Below the pieces are notes generated by a model, which saw only the letters and a list, made by a program, of their open reading frames with translations, was not told the origin of the DNA and searched no databases. From Tubiluchus corallicola (lineage: Eukaryota > Animalia > Priapulida), in NCBI GenBank assembly GCA_030141605.1, contig JAQGDQ010000304.1, forward strand, positions 62,001 to 126,000: a DNA stretch of 64,000 nucleotides, read 5' to 3'. Shown one piece after another: positions 8,660 through 21,626 of the stretch (positions are counted from its first letter, which is position 1; the number at the start of each line of letters is the position of its first letter). Both the position numbers and the translations under genes were made by a program.

Positions 8660-11300
8660 GCCTAAAAAGATTTACGGGACTGAAAATGTTGGATCTGCCC
8701 ACACAGTTCGTTTCTGGCTATAAAAATAATAAAAGATAACACAATGACTAGTTTTGCATTTTTTTTGAAATCTTTAAACTTCATGTGATGTGGATGTGAT
8801 TTTAACCGCTTTTCACTGGTTTTCGAAATAAACCCGCGACTTCCCATTCTCGACTGCAAAATATTGCACTTCAAAGCTGTTCCCTTCAATGTCTGTAACC
8901 AAGCTTGCACATTTATTCTCTATAAACTGGTGTGCGTTTTCAATATTCAGGTCAAAAGAGACTGTCAGCTCGAATATGAATAGATTCTTCAGCAGTTTAT
9001 TGAATACGTATATATATCAGTGATGGACGTAATTTGCAAACATTCAAGCGGTATTGTGGTAACTCTGTTGTTGTTAAAACCAAGTAAATAAACACGGACT
9101 ACGAAGCCAACTGAAGAAGTTGCTTATATCAAAAGCGAACTATATTATAATGGCGATGAGTGTATCGGGAGGAAAGTTTTACAAGAATGTAAGAAAATGA
9201 TTCAGTGGAGTTGGAGTAGGAGCACTTGGCTGTGGTTTTGTTGTCCCAGACAGTTGTAGCATAACGATTGCTGTATTGCACTTGAATTTCAAAACACTTT
9301 CCGGAAGAATATAAACCACACATGTAATCCAATCAATGCCAATTTGTTCTTCGACGAGGAATTCTAAAAAACGGCCTTGCATCACCAGAGTTTTGATTTA
9401 ATCTTGCCAATCAGAATGAATAAGTATGGACTTTAGCTGTTGTTTCTTTTTTTTGAGCTTAGCTGTGTTTTCTTCTGCCCGGCTGAGATCTGTGAAAGTG
9501 TTATCGCATTACAGTTGAAATTAATTTCTTATGTGACCGTGACCTTTCTTTGGAAAATTTATTGTCTAAAACCGATCGAACTAGTTCTTCACCCTCTTTC
9601 CTTCCTAACATATAGGCTAAGGCACGTGATCCTTTACAAATACGACTAAGTTGCTACAGGTTTAGGCCTTCAGAAAGAGACAAGAATGTTGATATTACAA
9701 GTGTGACTAGTGCGCACTAGCCGCGTAAAAAGTATTAGCTAAGGCACTTAGTTCATGTAGAAGACAATTGCACATATCACTGACAGGGCAAGCCTTAGAA
9801 AAAATGGAAAATATCCATCATAAATTTTAATTTTATATTCAAATCGGACATGATAGGAATCCATATTCTTCAAATCCGTCTGTTCGCCTCACTGTTCTTA
9901 ATTGTTAATTGCTGAACAAAGAAACTTATGGTCACTCTCAAACGATGAAGATATATTGATATCTGCTATGGATAAGTTAATTTCAACTGAGATCTTTTCG
10001 CAAAAAACTGTGATCTAATTTTACTTGGTTTGAGCTTTAGACCTAAGCAACTAGAATATTTTTGGATCTATTCTATGATTCTTTGATGGGTGTTCTTATC
10101 CAGTGTGATTAGGCAAAGCCAGCCGCAAATAGTAGTGTGATTCAATGTGATTCATGCGTAATTTCTGTTTCCAAGTATTCAGTCAGTGGATTGAAACACA
10201 ATAAGATAATTAGAGCAGATTTTTGACATAGGTTTGTATTTCACGAAGAAAATTTTCTTTGAAGTGTCAAGTTGATGAAGTCGTGGCGTACTGAGCCAAA
10301 AGCAACTTCCAGGTCAAACCACAGAAATGACATGATCTCTTTCTATGTTTCGTATAAGATATTATTTCATGTAAAATTAAAAACAGTATTATATTTCATA
10401 TAAGATATTATTTCATGTAAAATAAAAAACAGTTTCCACACAACCGTTCATTCCTTTTATAAAAGCTTTTCTGCAAGACAATGTTCAGGGTTCAACAGCC
10501 TATTGCATTTGATGAAAGACACAGTACGATCAGCAATAATTTGATGGAAAATTTTTAATACTCAGCTAGAGAGTGCTATCATGCTGAAGTTTGCAGGCTG
10601 ACAGGAGAACCTTTTACTAATACAGCTTTGACACAAAGAGCTGGGTGGTTCACAATTTTGCAGGACTTTTCTAAAAAGAGTAGCTAGTGTATGATGAGCA
10701 CATGGTAGGTTTTTTAACAATCCATAAGTTATTTTATCTAGTCCTGGACAAGAATTGGAATTTTTAGATTTCAAAACATTTCTAAGATCTGTTGGTCTTA
10801 CACCGAGTCCAAAATAAATGAATGATGATATGACCTTTACGCTGGAACTACTGTAAACTCGGTTTTATCGACCAGTGTTTTCTGGGAGACTGAAATATTT
10901 ACTTGGGTAGTAAATATCAGTTCTTTCTTTTTGAAAACTAAGGCGCAGGATCTCTTTCACATATGGGACCTCTAACAGCCTTTTTCGAAAAATTCAATTT
11001 CTGGTTATCGCTATTTTCTGTCTATCTTTGTTTAAGAAACTTGAAGCTATGCAGAACAGAAAGAATTGGTTTCTTTTTCTTGTGAACTGTGTTTCCCAAA
11101 TGTCTGTTTTCTAAGTTGATTTTCGAGTCTAAATTTAGCTTCAGCTACAGATTTTAATTCTCGAAAGTAACACTTATTTCATCCGTCAGTAGTTCGATGT
11201 TGGCATAGTTCTGGTTTAGAAACGAAAAAGCAATGCAGTTTGTTGACAAGTCTTTCCGTGTTGACTTACAGTTTCGGAACTGCGAATTTGACTATTTACC
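8660..11300 (-). mobile_element. Decayed RLE-type (R2/NeSL/HERO-like) non-LTR retrotransposon
   Basis: Frameshifted fragments in the expected order. RT: SCPGLDKITYGLLKNLP..PANFSMIALSS (10562-10774), WFDLEVAFGSVRHDFI (~10275-10320), IILLCFNPLTEY, decayed FADD motif (ITLLFAAG), GLKLKPSK. Linker QGRFLEFL..W..YILPESVLKF. Zinc-knuckle remnant AKC..ES..IL..RYTHRH. Endonuclease FELTVSFDLNIENAH..K and GSRGFISK. Outer boundaries approximate. Confidence 0.85.
10353..10433. repeat. Local direct duplication of ~35 bp inside the retroelement RT
   Basis: TATAAGATATTATTTCATGTAAAAT(T/A)AAAAACAGT at 10353 and again at 10399. Confidence 0.8.
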
Positions 11301-14300
11301 GAACAGTACGGCGGTAAATATAGTACTTGGGGCAGCATTGTGAAATTTCAAGGTTTTTTACGGAATCCGGTTGTATGCTTGACTGCTTTGAGTTTCGTGG
11401 CGTTTACAGACGATTAGACCGCGTTTTCTTTTTTGGGAGAAAATTTGTTAGATAGCGTCCAATTTACCAGGTAACCATAGTTGAAGCATGATTAATGTAA
11501 TTAACAGTGCAGGACAGATTTATTTATCGACTATCTTTTTCTGGTGCCACATCCAGAGTCTATAACTTCTCTTACCGGAGATCAAAACTTTTTATTCGTG
11601 GACACCGAGTAACACAATTACAAAATATTAATTTGTGTTTTAAACTGGAATTGCAAAATTTGCAAAGCAGAAACAACAAGCTATCCACACAACAGTGAAA
11701 GTAATCAAAGTACCATTGATGACGAAGTCACACCATATCCACCCTCATTAAATAGGCCTGCTGATGAGTGTTAGATTCCGGCTTGCAGTGTGCCGAAATG
11801 AGCAAAATATACCGATCGTTTCCATGGTACTAATTGCAACTTACCATCTAACATAAGTGAATGTACATTGAAAATTAACCACGGGAAGTTAAAGTAGGAG
11901 AAATCTAGCAGGCGTGCCAGCAGGCAAGTAAGACGCAAAAGGATTGCATCAATAATTTTTATTTGACAGCTACAGGAAACTGTTAAAGTGCAGTAAATTT
12001 ATAAATACAATTAGATTGTTACAGCCACATAAACTATATAGGATCTATTTCGTCAACAAATAGGCTATTTAAAATGAAACTTTTCCTGACGTTTACATGT
12101 CCATATAGATCTTAATTGGGATTTGGGAGTGAACCGTAAACACAAAAATTACAAACGAAATAAGATACGTAGCTGTTATCCAAGTCTTGCAAAATATGAT
12201 TATAAATCTGTAACTCTATTTGTACCTATGTTGAGCGAACTTGGCAAAGCCGGAGTCTGCACTATTACAGCAAATGACACTCCATATAATCCAAACCGGT
12301 ATAGATTGCAGATAAATGCACTAAAGATTAAAAGCAGCAATTTTCTCTGGCGGACTATCAGTGATCAGCAGGCTTCAACGAGCTACATTATTCTTAACGA
12401 TATCGCTACTGCGAGTCTGTCGGTGGAGTTTCAGTGGCATGGAAAACTCAAATTGCACAAAGAACAAATATAGTTAAAATGCCTTTCAGATAGAGCAAAT
12501 TTCTCATTCAAAACAAACTAGGTTGAAAGAATGAAATTCTGCTAAAAAACTTAACTGGACAAGCATTACATTTCAATATATATGTTTACGTAGAACCGAT
12601 TAAATTTATATAGCCTTAAAATGACATTACCTACGTCATACATTAACACTTTCAAACCGCAAATGTTTGAAACCCAGTTTTTTGAAACTTCAAACCTCCT
12701 CGAGTGTGGTCGTTACCCGTCTGCATAATTCTATCGATTTTCAGGCCAATTTGTTCGCCGCTGAATGTCATGACCGTTGACAGACGCCGAACCTATGGCA
12801 ACCAATGCTTGGGTGGCCCCGCAATTTGTTGTATTGTTTTAACCTTGGTATAGCAGCTTTAACAAGAAAGCGGCAGGCCTGACATGGAATGCGCTTTGCA
12901 GCCAATGATTGGCTTTTAAACGAACATTTTTTTCCAGAAAATATTTTTATAAAATTTCCAACTTGTGAATTAAAGATATTTTAAAAACTTTTTCTTACTC
13001 AGTCCAAAAAAGTTATTATTGTTAAGAATATAAAATACGCTCAGTTTCATCAGGAAAAGCAAGCTTGATCCAGTGATGCGTCCAATTTCTTTCGAGAGAA
13101 ACTAGAAAAAACAGATCAGTGCAATCCTTTGAAAAGAAAAACCATTTTGGCACTTGCATATACGAAATTAGAATACGCAAAAGAAATTTATCGGTAGCTC
13201 CGCCAGCCCGTGTCACCCAAGTCAAAAAGTTCACCACTTTCCTATTCAGTATAACGCTGAAACTAGGGATACTCTTCACCGAAGCTTCAATTTCCATAAA
13301 AAACAATGCACATCTACAGCAAGATACTTATTTTCTCCATTAAATTTTTGTGATGCTCCAAAATATGCGTGCGAATATTGAATAACTGTTTTCCAAGTGA
13401 CATAATATGTTATGAAATGTTTATAAATTCTCCTGCTCCCATAAATCATATGCATCACTTTCTGCTATTCGCATGCGTTTGAAACTAACTAACATAAAAG
13501 CCTGAAGGTGAGTTGTTTTCGTTGATTAATAAATACATTAAGTTCAATGGCTTTTACAGACACTAATTATTTATCAATAATTTCATTAAAAAGTAATCAT
13601 CCTTTCAACAACACGTGAAAGCGGCGAAATTTATCCCTTGCTGTCGACAGTGTATCAACTACGCTGCATAGTTAAAGCATATGATGAACACATGTCTATA
13701 AGTAAATGGACATCGCTATACATAATCAAAGCGTTCCATTAGGAATAGAGAATCATAATTACGCTGCCAATGAAGCCGTGAAGTGTTTGAACCACAAGAC
13801 ATCGCAGAAAAAAACAAAAAATACTAGCCATTGGCCATAATGTGCTGTATATACAAGGCTATACTAAATTTCCTACACGATTATGCAATATACATGTATT
13901 ATTCTGCCACAACACAAGATTATGACATTATAATACAAGCCTGTAACCCGTAGCCCTGTATGGAAAAATCTCCCGTTTAATCAGCAAATTAACAACACTC
14001 CAGTCATCTTAATAGGCTTCTGATTCTAATGAAATAGCTGTATTAGTGGATTAACTGAAATCTTGCAATCAATTAGGATTTGTGTTCACGCACAGGTTCA
14101 TAAATATATGGGTGTGCATATTCATGAATTCTTCGCTTAACCAGGCACACACGTAGTGCGATTATCGGCAAAATTAAACCCATGCAGGACAGTTTAGACT
14201 TCAAGAGCGAATCAAGAAATCTAAGATTGAATGTGAAAATACACACAGCGACACAAGGAGAAGTAAAACAGTTTAAAAAGATGCGCATGCCGATCAAGTC

Positions 14301-14497
14301 GTCAAAAGCAGAAAGGTGTTGGAGTTGCAAAGCTTATCGTCAGATTATGACAGCTTCCAAGCAGTATGAGGACTATTTTTTAGTAAACAAACGTTGCTTT
14401 CTATTAGTGTGATCTGATTTTGTTTTACGCAAATTGTTGCATCGAGCCCGCGCACACGAGCAGGATGAGTGTGTCGGACACAGCAGATATGCATATA

Positions 14498-14733
14498 TCG
14501 CTTGTATTGGCATTATGTTTTTAACACTACTGCAAACAGCAGTTTTTTAACTAATTATACATAATAAACATTTACTTGTATATATGATACTTGTGTATGT
14601 ACAGCAATAGCAATAAAGAATTGCCATTGTTATACATGCACAAGTATCATATATACAAGTAAATAATTATATATAACCAGTTAAAAAACTACTGTTTGCA
14701 ATAGTGTTAAAAACAAAATACCAATACAAGCGA
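14498..14733. repeat. ~236-bp imperfect palindrome (foldback/MITE-like)
   Basis: Left arm TCGCTTGTATTGGCATTATGTTTTTAACACTACTGCAAACAGCAGTTTTTTAACT...TTTACTTGTATATATGATACTTGTG pairs with right arm CACAAGTATCATATATACAAGTAAA...AGTTAAAAAACTACTGTTTGCAATAGTGTTAAAAACAAAATACCAATACAAGCGA; centre near 14615. Confidence 0.85.
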
Positions 14734-17286
14734 CATCAAATACAAACATTCCAATATAAAACTAATCCACGTATTATAAACGATATCAAACATCAAATAA
14801 TGCATACACTTATATAATACAAATTCGAACACGACGAATTTTGCGTTTTGTGTCCGAAAACGGCATTCAAGGAGATCACAGACTACTAATAAAACTCTGT
14901 GTCCCTTAATTGCGTCAGACAGTTTTTTTATAGCGTGCGTCCTGTAAAACTACTTCAGACAAACCGATCTTGCTCTAGTCTGCTGGTCCGAACAAAAATC
15001 TGAATCAGGCAAATAAAAAGGAGTCGTTTTGGTCACCTGTCTTCTATTACTGTTTACTGAGATTACCCATGACATCGTATGCTTCATACAAAAGTTTCGT
15101 CCGAGATAATTTGCATTAGACAATTAATTAATTAAACTGCAGACAGATTTTTTATCGTACTTGAAAAAAGACGAAGTCGTTTGAAAATATCTGATACTTC
15201 ACTTAGTAGGCACACTTTGAATTTCTATTACAATAAGTTTGTGATATTTATGTCTGGTACGCACATCTCAACTATTCTTACTGTGAGATCAGGCATACAT
15301 CAGTAAGTCAAATTTTGCTAATGTTGTGAATTTCGAAAATCTCCATTGTTTTCTCATCTAGCCAAAAACATTAAAAACACATAGCTAACAAGAATATAAT
15401 ATAAATGTGCCTGTTATTTACGCAAAAACAAAACTGAAGACAGTTTGCCATCAGGAAGGCATTTTTATTGATCATTTGTTCCATTAAAGCTTGATATAAG
15501 TAGAAATTCATTTTCCGTGGCAGCGACACGTAATTTCTAATTTATTACCATTGTGGGAAAATTATAACAGTGAAGTTTGCAGCAATACGGACTATCTTCT
15601 TGAGTTAATAACTTCATTTCATTCTTCTTTAAATCTCCGGAGAGAATGGACATTGAATTAAATACAGTTTTCTGAGGGTGCCACTATGTGTAGCAAAATT
15701 TCTGAATCTGAAAGGCAAATGTTTCTCTCAGATGTATCTATTATTCAAAACCCAGAGAGAAACAAAACTTTTCAAGCTTCCCAATTCAATTACCTAAATC
15801 AACTAATACATGTATGAAAGTTTAATTAACTACAAACTTGACACAATGCTTGCCCAGTTTTTAAGTAGAAACAAGTAATGTTTAATGATTTGTTCTGCAA
15901 AATTTTAGCATTGGAAAGGACTTAACCAAGCTTATACAAAACATTTTTTAGAAATGTGTGAATAACTGTCAGTGTATAAATTGTTAATTGGGTACACTTA
16001 GTAATGTCACAACAGAAAATGGCACATATAATTATAAATAACAAAGTGAGACAGTGAAATAGTATGCAAATATATCTATTCAGTGAATTCAAAGAATCGC
16101 ATCCTAATTTTTTATTCACCCAGATCACTACACTACTTTTATTGTCACAAACTTATTACTGGGTCTCTACATACCTGTACACCTGCTCAGTTCTATAACA
16201 TACTCTAAGCCTACTATATCGCACTACACTAAAGCCTTGATTTGACTCATGCAAGCCAACAAACAATTTAAAAAATGAAAACAGGAATGAATTGTTTTTA
16301 GAAACTTTTGGTGAGGCTCTATTGCAAGTTTCTTAAGCATCACAAAAGGTGTGTTAAAAAGTCGTGCAAACTTTTTAAGACACATTCTATAAAAAGTAAT
16401 TTATCAAAACATGCAACTAACCAAGTTTTCTGTTTAACCAGGTAAGCTGAAAACTGTGAAATTTAATTGCATGTCAAAAAATTACTGAAAAATTCTTTGA
16501 ACAAAGTAAACTTCTGAAAGTGTAATTCAACATCTGTTTCCAATTTCTGTTAAGATTTAAATTTCTTGCAAAGAATTTCCATCAGGAAGTAAGCTTTTGC
16601 TTTGGCTTTTTATAAGTTTGAACTTTTTAAAGCAGATTAAATAATTTATAAATGCCAGAGTGGAAGAGTAGGAGTGAACAGAACTAGTGCCTGCAGAAGA
16701 TTTACCAAGCATGAGCTAATGCTTGGGGTGACTATCCAATTTATATTCCAACTCAGGTACAAGTATTTACCCTACAGATCAGTTATCAATAACATAACAT
16801 ATAAAACAAGCTATATGGGAAACCCAAACAGGTACTGGTTTGGCACACCTTGTCTGACAGAACCAAAGAAAATTACACTGTTATGCAGCCAAAATTCAAA
16901 TACGATATTGTATACTTTGCATAGCAATTTACAGTTCTGAAAGTGGTCAGAGATCTGGTTCATGGGTATGCGTATGCATTCAAAATATGCTGCTAAAATG
17001 ACTTCTTCATAAAATTAGTCCAAATACCAAAAAAATATTTTGTGATTTAATTTTTTTTTAATGCAGATTGAACGAGTGTATCTTTTGATGTTCATCTTGA
17101 ACCAAACAAAGTTGTGCTAAACAGAGGAGACAATCTTTCTAAATCTAAAAGAACTCACTCAACAGAACAAGAAGCCCAGAAAACATGGATTTACAAGCGA
17201 TAGTCCTATATCCATGGTCATGAATCATAGTCCATGGTCAGTGATGTAATGTGAATTTTACAAATAGTAATGGACTATAGATTAAA

Positions 17287-17660
17287 TTAGGGGAAAGAAT
17301 TCTCTACCAGAAAGCAAATACGAATCGAATGGAATCGATTTGAACCAAACTTCAGTATTTCGGATTCGAATTGAGAATGAAAGATATTCGAACCACCAGT
17401 AAAAATTAGTCTTACAAAAATCATGCATATTACTCGATTTTGTTCTGCTGTCAAACCATAAATAATTGTGCACAGAAATCACTGCTAAATTATACTAATT
17501 GCATGATGTTTCAATCGTTTTAATGATAAAGTATGTATATGTCTGAAGTGCTGAATTATTCTAATTTACAGTTTTATGTTCGAATCAAATGCAAACTAAA
17601 AAAACTCGTGTGAATCGAATTCGAACATTCGAACTCGGAACGTTCGATGCTCACCCCTAG
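17287..17660. mobile_element. Degenerate MITE with TAGGGG...CCCCTA ends and TTCGAA-type subterminal repeats
   Basis: Begins TTAGGGG and ends GCTCACCCCTAG; clusters of TCGAA/TTCGA motifs near both ends. Confidence 0.4.
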
Positions 17661-18459
17661 ATTAGATAGACCCATTTGTTCTATAACTTTCGATTTTAGG
17701 CAATTCTTTTATTGACTGTCATAGATATATTTTTGCTAACAACATTTATTGCCTAAGATGTGTATATAACTTGAAGGTGTGTAGATGTTGTATACTGGTC
17801 CTTTTTGAGTCAGTAAACTACTATTCCCCAAGAATCTTCAGGATAAAACTGTGAGCAAAAGGAGCACTTCAAGGAAACTATCTGTCTTTATCAAAATGCA
17901 GTGAAAAGAGACAGCTAGGTTTAATATTGCAAAAAACCTTTGATGAGCAAAAGACTGCACAGATGACCCCAATAACACTAAATTACCCTCAGCTACTAGG
18001 GCGACTAGAGTAATTACTAGAGCAATAATAAGAACGACAGGATTATGGTTGCTGCACCACCTAACATATTAATACATTGCTGGGATAATCAATTTGTAAA
18101 GAAAGGAAGAGTAATGAACGAGTTAAATTTTTTCCAATACTATAAAGACATCCTACTTTTTCCAGAATATTCTGGAGTCTAGACACATCTAGCATCTACA
18201 ATCACAACATGCTCAAAAGACAAGTCGACACCAAATACTTTAAAAATCAAAAATATTTTAACTGTAAAACAGAATGCATTGTATAAGATTCCATAACCAT
18301 TTACTTTATCGGCGCGTAAGAACAATAATAAGCCTAGGGTAATACCTCAAGTATTCACATAAAACTACTACAGCTACAGAGTCTGGAGGTTTAGAACAAA
18401 GTTTACAGGGTAATAAATCAGCCTAGTGACTATACAAATTAAACTACAAAAAATCTTAC

Positions 18460-18617
18460 CAAATGAAGTCCTTGCAATGACTGCAGAATGTTGGCTGCTT
18501 AAAAAACCTCGCAATAAACTTGTGATCCTTCACTTCGTGCACATTTTTTTGTCTCAAAGCACCTTTTCTTGCAAATCCGCGGACAGTTTGACGGACATTA
18601 TTTTCCTCGTCCGCCAT
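18460..18617 (-). CDS. PRKCA: Conventional protein kinase C (PKC alpha/beta/gamma co-ortholog), first coding exon: pseudosubstrate and start of C1a
   Basis: [52 protein letters not shown](W), followed by a GTAAG donor in phase 2. The exon extends 5' as UTR to an acceptor TTTCTTACAG at 18799. Not in the ORF track. Symbol denotes the family, not one-to-one orthology. Confidence 0.95.
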
Positions 18618-19399
18618 GTCTGCCTTCGGCAGGTGGAAGTGATGACCGCATACTGCGCAGACTCGTGCTGACGACGCCTGACGTCCGAATATGCGCCAGT
18701 CTATCAGGGTGCGAAGCTGCAGCTGACTGAGCAGGGTATTGCTACGGTAGTAGTGGGTTTCCTGGTTGTTAGTAGAAAGGGTTAAACACTGATGTTATCT
18801 GTAAGAAATATAAGATAAACTGCTTTATAGTTTTCTGCTTTTAAAAAGTTGAAAACCGAACAAGTTGTTTATTTGGAAACACAGTACTAGAGCAGTCATG
18901 AACGTGAGCATTCAAAGAAAAGCAATGGTCGCTGAGCCCAATTCGCAAATGAACGGGTGTCTACCGAGAAAGTGGCTTCATTGCGGCTTTTAGTTCATAC
19001 ATTGAACCTGGCCACAGTGATGTAGAAGTTGTATTCTAAATTTCACATGCTTCCGGAATATTACAATTTAGCTATTGAATTGAATTTATATTTTTGTAAG
19101 TTATGTTGTCAGTTATAGTAGCCACCTGTAGGAGGAGCACCAGAAAGCACTTGCTCCTTCCTCCATACAACAACTTTTGACAAATTTTTATTAGTCAAAT
19201 AATGGATTTTTGTATTGATTGTCTTCGTTGTAAAAAAATAAATTTATTCTATTCTGTTATCTCGTTGATAGAGAATGCATAGGCATCCGAATGTTCTTGA
19301 GAAGACATGTAAGTTGTGACAATAAATAATTAATGATATTTAGGCGTAAGTAAAAAAGGCTAAAAAAATCAAATAAAATCCGAAAATCCAATTTTAAAG

Positions 19400-19673
19400 T
19401 GGCTCCTCATTTGAAAGAAAAGATCCCTGTTTGAGGCCATCTATTTGAGACATATGGCCTTTGTTTGAGGCCCTTTATTAGAGATAGGAACCTTTTTTTG
19501 GAAGCCCTTTATTTGAAATATAGGTGCCCCAGCTGTGCAAAAGTTGCTGGAATATAATTATAACAAGTAAAGAATATTCGAGACAAGTGCGAGCAAATTA
19601 GTGGGTGGTTCCGTCTGAGAGGACCCCATGATTTCATTAGCCTAGGGGTCCCAAAAGGTCATAATCCGGCCCT
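19400..19673. repeat. ~33-bp tandem units plus MITE-like terminus
   Basis: TGTTTGAGGCCATCTATTTGAGA / TGTTTGAGGCCCTTTATTAGAGA / TTTTGGAAGCCCTTTATTTGAAA; ends TAATCCGGCCCTG, resembling ends of non-autonomous hAT-like elements. Confidence 0.45.
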
Positions 19674-20509
19674 GATGCTCAGTAGTATATACTGAAGCGT
19701 CGGGTAACCCATTGTTACTGTCTACTGTCTACATTTTGTGTGCGTATATTTATAACAAAAACTAAATTCATTAACCTTCAGTTTTTTCCAGCTATGACCA
19801 TCCAACTAGCCAATTTCGCGCCCCATGGCAAACAACAGTCGGAACTCATTCATACACTAATGCCTGTCAATAATGACTTCTCATGCAGTCTTGAGCAAGC
19901 AAAGGTGGTCGATAAAGGTCGATATATTATTAGATGTAGCACCGGTTAAGCTCTTAATCGATCATCAACAGTTACTTTACACAGTTTGATTTGCAACTCC
20001 AATGCATAAACATTAGCTATATCCGCTGTTGTTAGACTAGGACGAGTGAAAATGACCATGTTTAAGCACAGCCTGCCATCCAGAATACCAGATGAAGCCA
20101 TTTACTAGCGCGCCATACAGAAAATCACAATTGATTTCTCAGAAATTTTGCAGCAACGTCGGAAATCAATGCTTCGCCTATTTAATGGTTAATAGCCCGT
20201 CGATAATTTGCGACATGATTAAGGTTTAGCAACAAAAATAGTTGCAGATATATAACAGCTTACAGATAAATAAAAAACAGCTAGACAGCAGTACTGCGTT
20301 TTTATAAGTAACCTAGCAAGGCTTACATAAACATATTAGTACTATGCTTACGTTATGCTGTATTTCCCCAACAGGAGTTAGAACCAATGAAAGTGCTTGG
20401 TAGCTGGGCAATTTGTAATTTTGACATTATAAGACATATATATTTTATTCTCATCTCATATTTTGTACATATATATGATTCTACATATATACACAACACT
20501 ATAGGTTAT

Positions 20510-21190
20510 CTATATATATACATATATGTATATATATAGAATAACCTTTATTTGCCAAAAAAATCGAAATTCACAAGCACAAAAGTATACAAGAACATCG
20601 CAGTATGAGAATAAAATTAACACAACTGATAAAGGCAAATGCGTCCAGTGCAAACTAAAAATTACTGTGCAAAGAAATTAAAAACAAAAATATGTAGTAC
20701 AATACTATATGAAAACTATAATACTGTATACATACAATTTAGAATGCACAGATATCAATAAAATTTGTGGAATAATATATGCCATCATTGAAATGCGTAG
20801 AATTTTTAAAACGATTTAAGGTATGTATTTTTAATTTTTAATTCAATTTTCATAAAGACTTGATTATTTTAAATTCTGTGGCAGGGTCTTCCGATGTTTA
20901 ACTGCTTGTTTAGTGATGGAATTGTTGTCGTTAGCGTGTGTTTGTTTAATATTATGTGTTCTTAGGTTTAGTGTGGTGTCCGGCAGAGGTGTAAGCTTAT
21001 TTTTAATGTCAATGTTAAGGTTGTGTTGATATTATTGACATACTTGTATAAAAATGGGATTGTGTAGTAGTGTTTATGTGCTTGTAAAGTGCTTGAATTT
21101 TAAATATGGTTCTTAAATCTGTTTGTAGAAACTGTTTGGATTTGCGATGAGAAATGTTTTATTTGGTAATCTCGATAAAACATTATTACA
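20510..21190 (-). mobile_element. Decayed 3' fragment of an L2/CR1-group LINE
   Basis: Minus strand gives NSITKQAVKHRKTLPQNLKIIKSL (compare the WN.LP..K...SL end of L2/CR1 ORF2), later GGCAAATAAAGG and a (TA)n tail. Confidence 0.45.
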
Positions 21191-21514
21191 CTTGATAGGG
21201 TATGGCTCTGCTTCCGTTTATTTTACACTCATTGGCAGGGCCTACTGTAGGCTGATACATCCTCCTTCAGCAAGGTAATTAGCCGGGTGGGGTAGTAGAA
21301 CAGATAAAACTGTCCAAAAGCAGCTTTCTCAGCATCACCCATCCATTTTACTCGTGGTGGCAAACTTGACGTTATTTAACTTTCTGTCCGTAAGGAAATA
21401 CCACTCAGGTAATGCCCTTATGGCCCCACCATTTTACCAGCATGACTACGTAAACAAGCAATTTATTGCTCAAACGCATGTCGAATATACAATTTATTGC
21501 TAATAATCCCTATC

Positions 21515-21522
21515 ATAATAAC

Positions 21523-21584
<62 letters not shown>

Positions 21585-21626
21585 CAACAACAACAATAAA
21601 AATAATAACAATAATACTAATAAATA
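21515..21626. repeat. (AAT)n/(AAC)n microsatellite
   Basis: Long pure AAT run changing to AAC, directly visible. Confidence 0.95.

Noticed and set aside
11800-12910. X-box-like (GTTTCCATGGTAC, CTATGGCAAC) and CCAAT motifs
   Set aside because: Partial matches with no gene I could attach them to.
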